Below are positions 62,434 to 64,000 of a DNA stretch of 64,000 nt, piece after piece. The DNA is taken from positions 3,507-67,506 of the forward strand of contig LBYF01000001.1 of NCBI GenBank assembly GCA_000996025.1, given 5' to 3'. The position numbers were made by a program, and so were the translations under genes. Source of the DNA: Parcubacteria group bacterium GW2011_GWA2_40_14. GTDB lineage: Bacteria; Patescibacteriota; Minisyncoccia; Phycocordibacterales; DATDWN01. The notes beneath the pieces were generated by a model. The model was given only the letters and a program-made list of their open reading frames with translations, had not been told where the DNA came from and searched no databases. Numbering within the stretch: position 1 is the stretch's first letter; every line of letters begins with the position of its first letter.

Positions 62434-64000
62434 ATGAATAGTCCCAATCAAAAGTCATCAGAAAAGACCAAGATAATTATAAAGAAAACAAACAAAGGTG
62501 ACAAAGGGCCAGAAGGTAACTCTATTGTCAGCTACATTGTTTCTGTGCTGATCATGTTTATTGTTTTATCCGCATTGTACTCTTTTGTTTCTGGCAAAAC
62601 TGAGAAGAAAGCGGAAAACATTCCTATTTCAGAGTTGGCGGCGGATATTAAATCTGGCGTCGTAAAAAATATTATCGTCAAAGGAGATGTGCTTCTCGTT
62701 GAGTATACATCCGGCGACGAAAAAACATCCAAGAAAGAAACAGACGTTGCTTTATCGCAAACCCTGGTGAATTATAGTGTGACCAAAGAGCAACTTGCTC
62801 TTATAAGCATAAATATAAAAGAGGAAAGCAGTCTTAGTTACTGGCTCATGAATCTGGCGCCGATTATTTTTCCAATTTTATTTATTTTTGTTTTTATTTG
62901 GTTTATCTCCAGGCAAGTTAAAGGTGCTGGCATACAAGCGTTGACTTTTGGCCAGTCCAAAGCGCGGATGATTGACCCAAACGACAAGAACAGCCGAGTA
63001 ACTTTCAAAGACGTGGCTGGTTGCAAGGAAGCAAAAGAAGAACTGGCAGAAATAGTGGACTTTCTGCGTAATCCAAAAAAGTTTTTAGACATTGGGGCTC
63101 GTATTCCAAAAGGTATTCTACTTATGGGGCCACCGGGTAGTGGAAAAACTCTACTGGCAAGAGCTGTTAGCGGTGAAGCTGGTGTGGCCTTTTTTTCCAT
63201 CTCTGGCTCGGAGTTCGTGGAAATGTTTGTTGGTGTGGGAGCGTCACGAGTCAGAGATTTGTTTCTCTTGGCCAAGAAAAATGCCCCAGCTATTATTTTT
63301 GTAGATGAGATAGATGCTGTTGGGCGAATACGTGGCGCTGGTCTCGGTGGGGGAAACGACGAGCGCGAACAAACATTGAATCAGATTCTAGTTGAGATGG
63401 ATGGTTTTGAGCCGAATGAAAAAGTTATTGTTATGGCTGCAACGAATCGTCCAGACGTTCTGGACCCTGCCCTCCTTCGTCCCGGCAGGTTTGATAGGCG
63501 AGTAACTCTGGACTTACCAGACCGCAAAGACCGTGAAGATATTTTGATTGTTCATAGCAAAGAAAAACCATTTGCAGAAGATGTAAATCTGAAAGTTATA
63601 GCCGAACGTACTCCGGGATTTTCTGGCGCGGATTTGTATTCACTTATGAACGAAGGAGCAATACTTGCCGCTCGTGAAAATCGCACCACGGTTGCTCAAT
63701 ACGACCTTATACGTTCTATTGAAAAAGTTATGCTCGGTCCTGAACGCAAAAGTCACATTCTTTCCAAAAAAGAAAAAGAAATCACTGCCTATCACGAAGC
63801 GGGACACGCAGTTTTGGCATCTCTTTTGCCATATGCCGACCCGGTACACAAGATTTCAATTATTGCTCGTGGTCATGCCGCTGGGTATGTTTTGAAACTT
63901 CCACTAGAAGACAGCAGAATGCAATCAAAAAAAGAATTTCTGGATGATATTGCAGTTTCCCTAGGAGGATATGTTACAGAGAAATTGCTTTTTGATGACT
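62434..64000 (+). CDS. ftsH: ATP-dependent Zn metalloprotease FtsH (3' end outside window)
   Basis: Hand translation from ATG 62434: two TM segments, [27 protein letters not shown]. Confidence 0.97.
   Translation, partial: MNSPNQKSSEKTKIIIKKTNKGDKGPEGNSIVSYIVSVLIMFIVLSALYSFVSGKTEKKAENIPISELAADIKSGVVKNIIVKGDVLLVEYTSGDEKTSKKETDVALSQTLVNYSVTKEQLALISINIKEESSLSYWLMNLAPIIFPILFIFVFIWFISRQVKGAGIQALTFGQSKARMIDPNDKNSRVTFKDVAGCKEAKEELAEIVDFLRNPKKFLDIGARIPKGILLMGPPGSGKTLLARAVSGEAGVAFFSISGSEFVEMFVGVGASRVRDLFLLAKKNAPAIIFVDEIDAVGRIRGAGLGGGNDEREQTLNQILVEMDGFEPNEKVIVMAATNRPDVLDPALLRPGRFDRRVTLDLPDRKDREDILIVHSKEKPFAEDVNLKVIAERTPGFSGADLYSLMNEGAILAARENRTTVAQYDLIRSIEKVMLGPERKSHILSKKEKEITAYHEAGHAVLASLLPYADPVHKISIIARGHAAGYVLKLPLEDSRMQSKKEFLDDIAVSLGGYVTEKLLFDD

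Noticed and set aside
766-63895. Numerous 60-190-aa ORFs antisense or out of frame to recognised genes
   Set aside because: Shadow ORFs with no motifs or initiation signals.

Overview
Core-genome window of a Patescibacteria (CPR, Parcubacteria-like) bacterium using genetic code 11. The assignment is inferred from gene content: no L30 between rpsE and rplO, a type IV pilus cluster, split comEC and many small toxin-antitoxin (TA) modules. Gene content: clpP (partial), rsmE, a shortened trigger factor, ppa, nusA, a stand-alone ClpB-D2-like ATPase, pilB/pilC and four pilin-like genes, tpiA-pgk, recJ, rnhA, comEC halves, sod, rpmB, the str/S10/spc ribosomal cluster to secY-adk-map (interrupted by accessory inserts), infC-rpmI-rplT, pyrF/pyrE-like genes, tmRNA, smpB and ftsH (partial). 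I found no rRNA, tRNA, CRISPR array or intact transposase/integrase. The most unusual signals are non-coding. (1) Two toxin-like genes lack protein antitoxins but each faces a convergent, promoter-driven, tetraloop-capped small RNA. (2) Four families of periodic-arm hairpins fill ribosomal-protein gene junctions and end just before the ATG, sometimes translated as protein tails. (3) A PaaX/Cas2-like gene is bracketed by a 23-bp inverted repeat of its own promoter. (4) There is a MITE-like family and several loop-less perfect palindromes. (5) Palindromic inserts occur in frame inside housekeeping proteins. (6) -10 boxes sit 6-8 nt before many ATGs, suggesting leaderless mRNAs. All calls are by eye; no searches were run.
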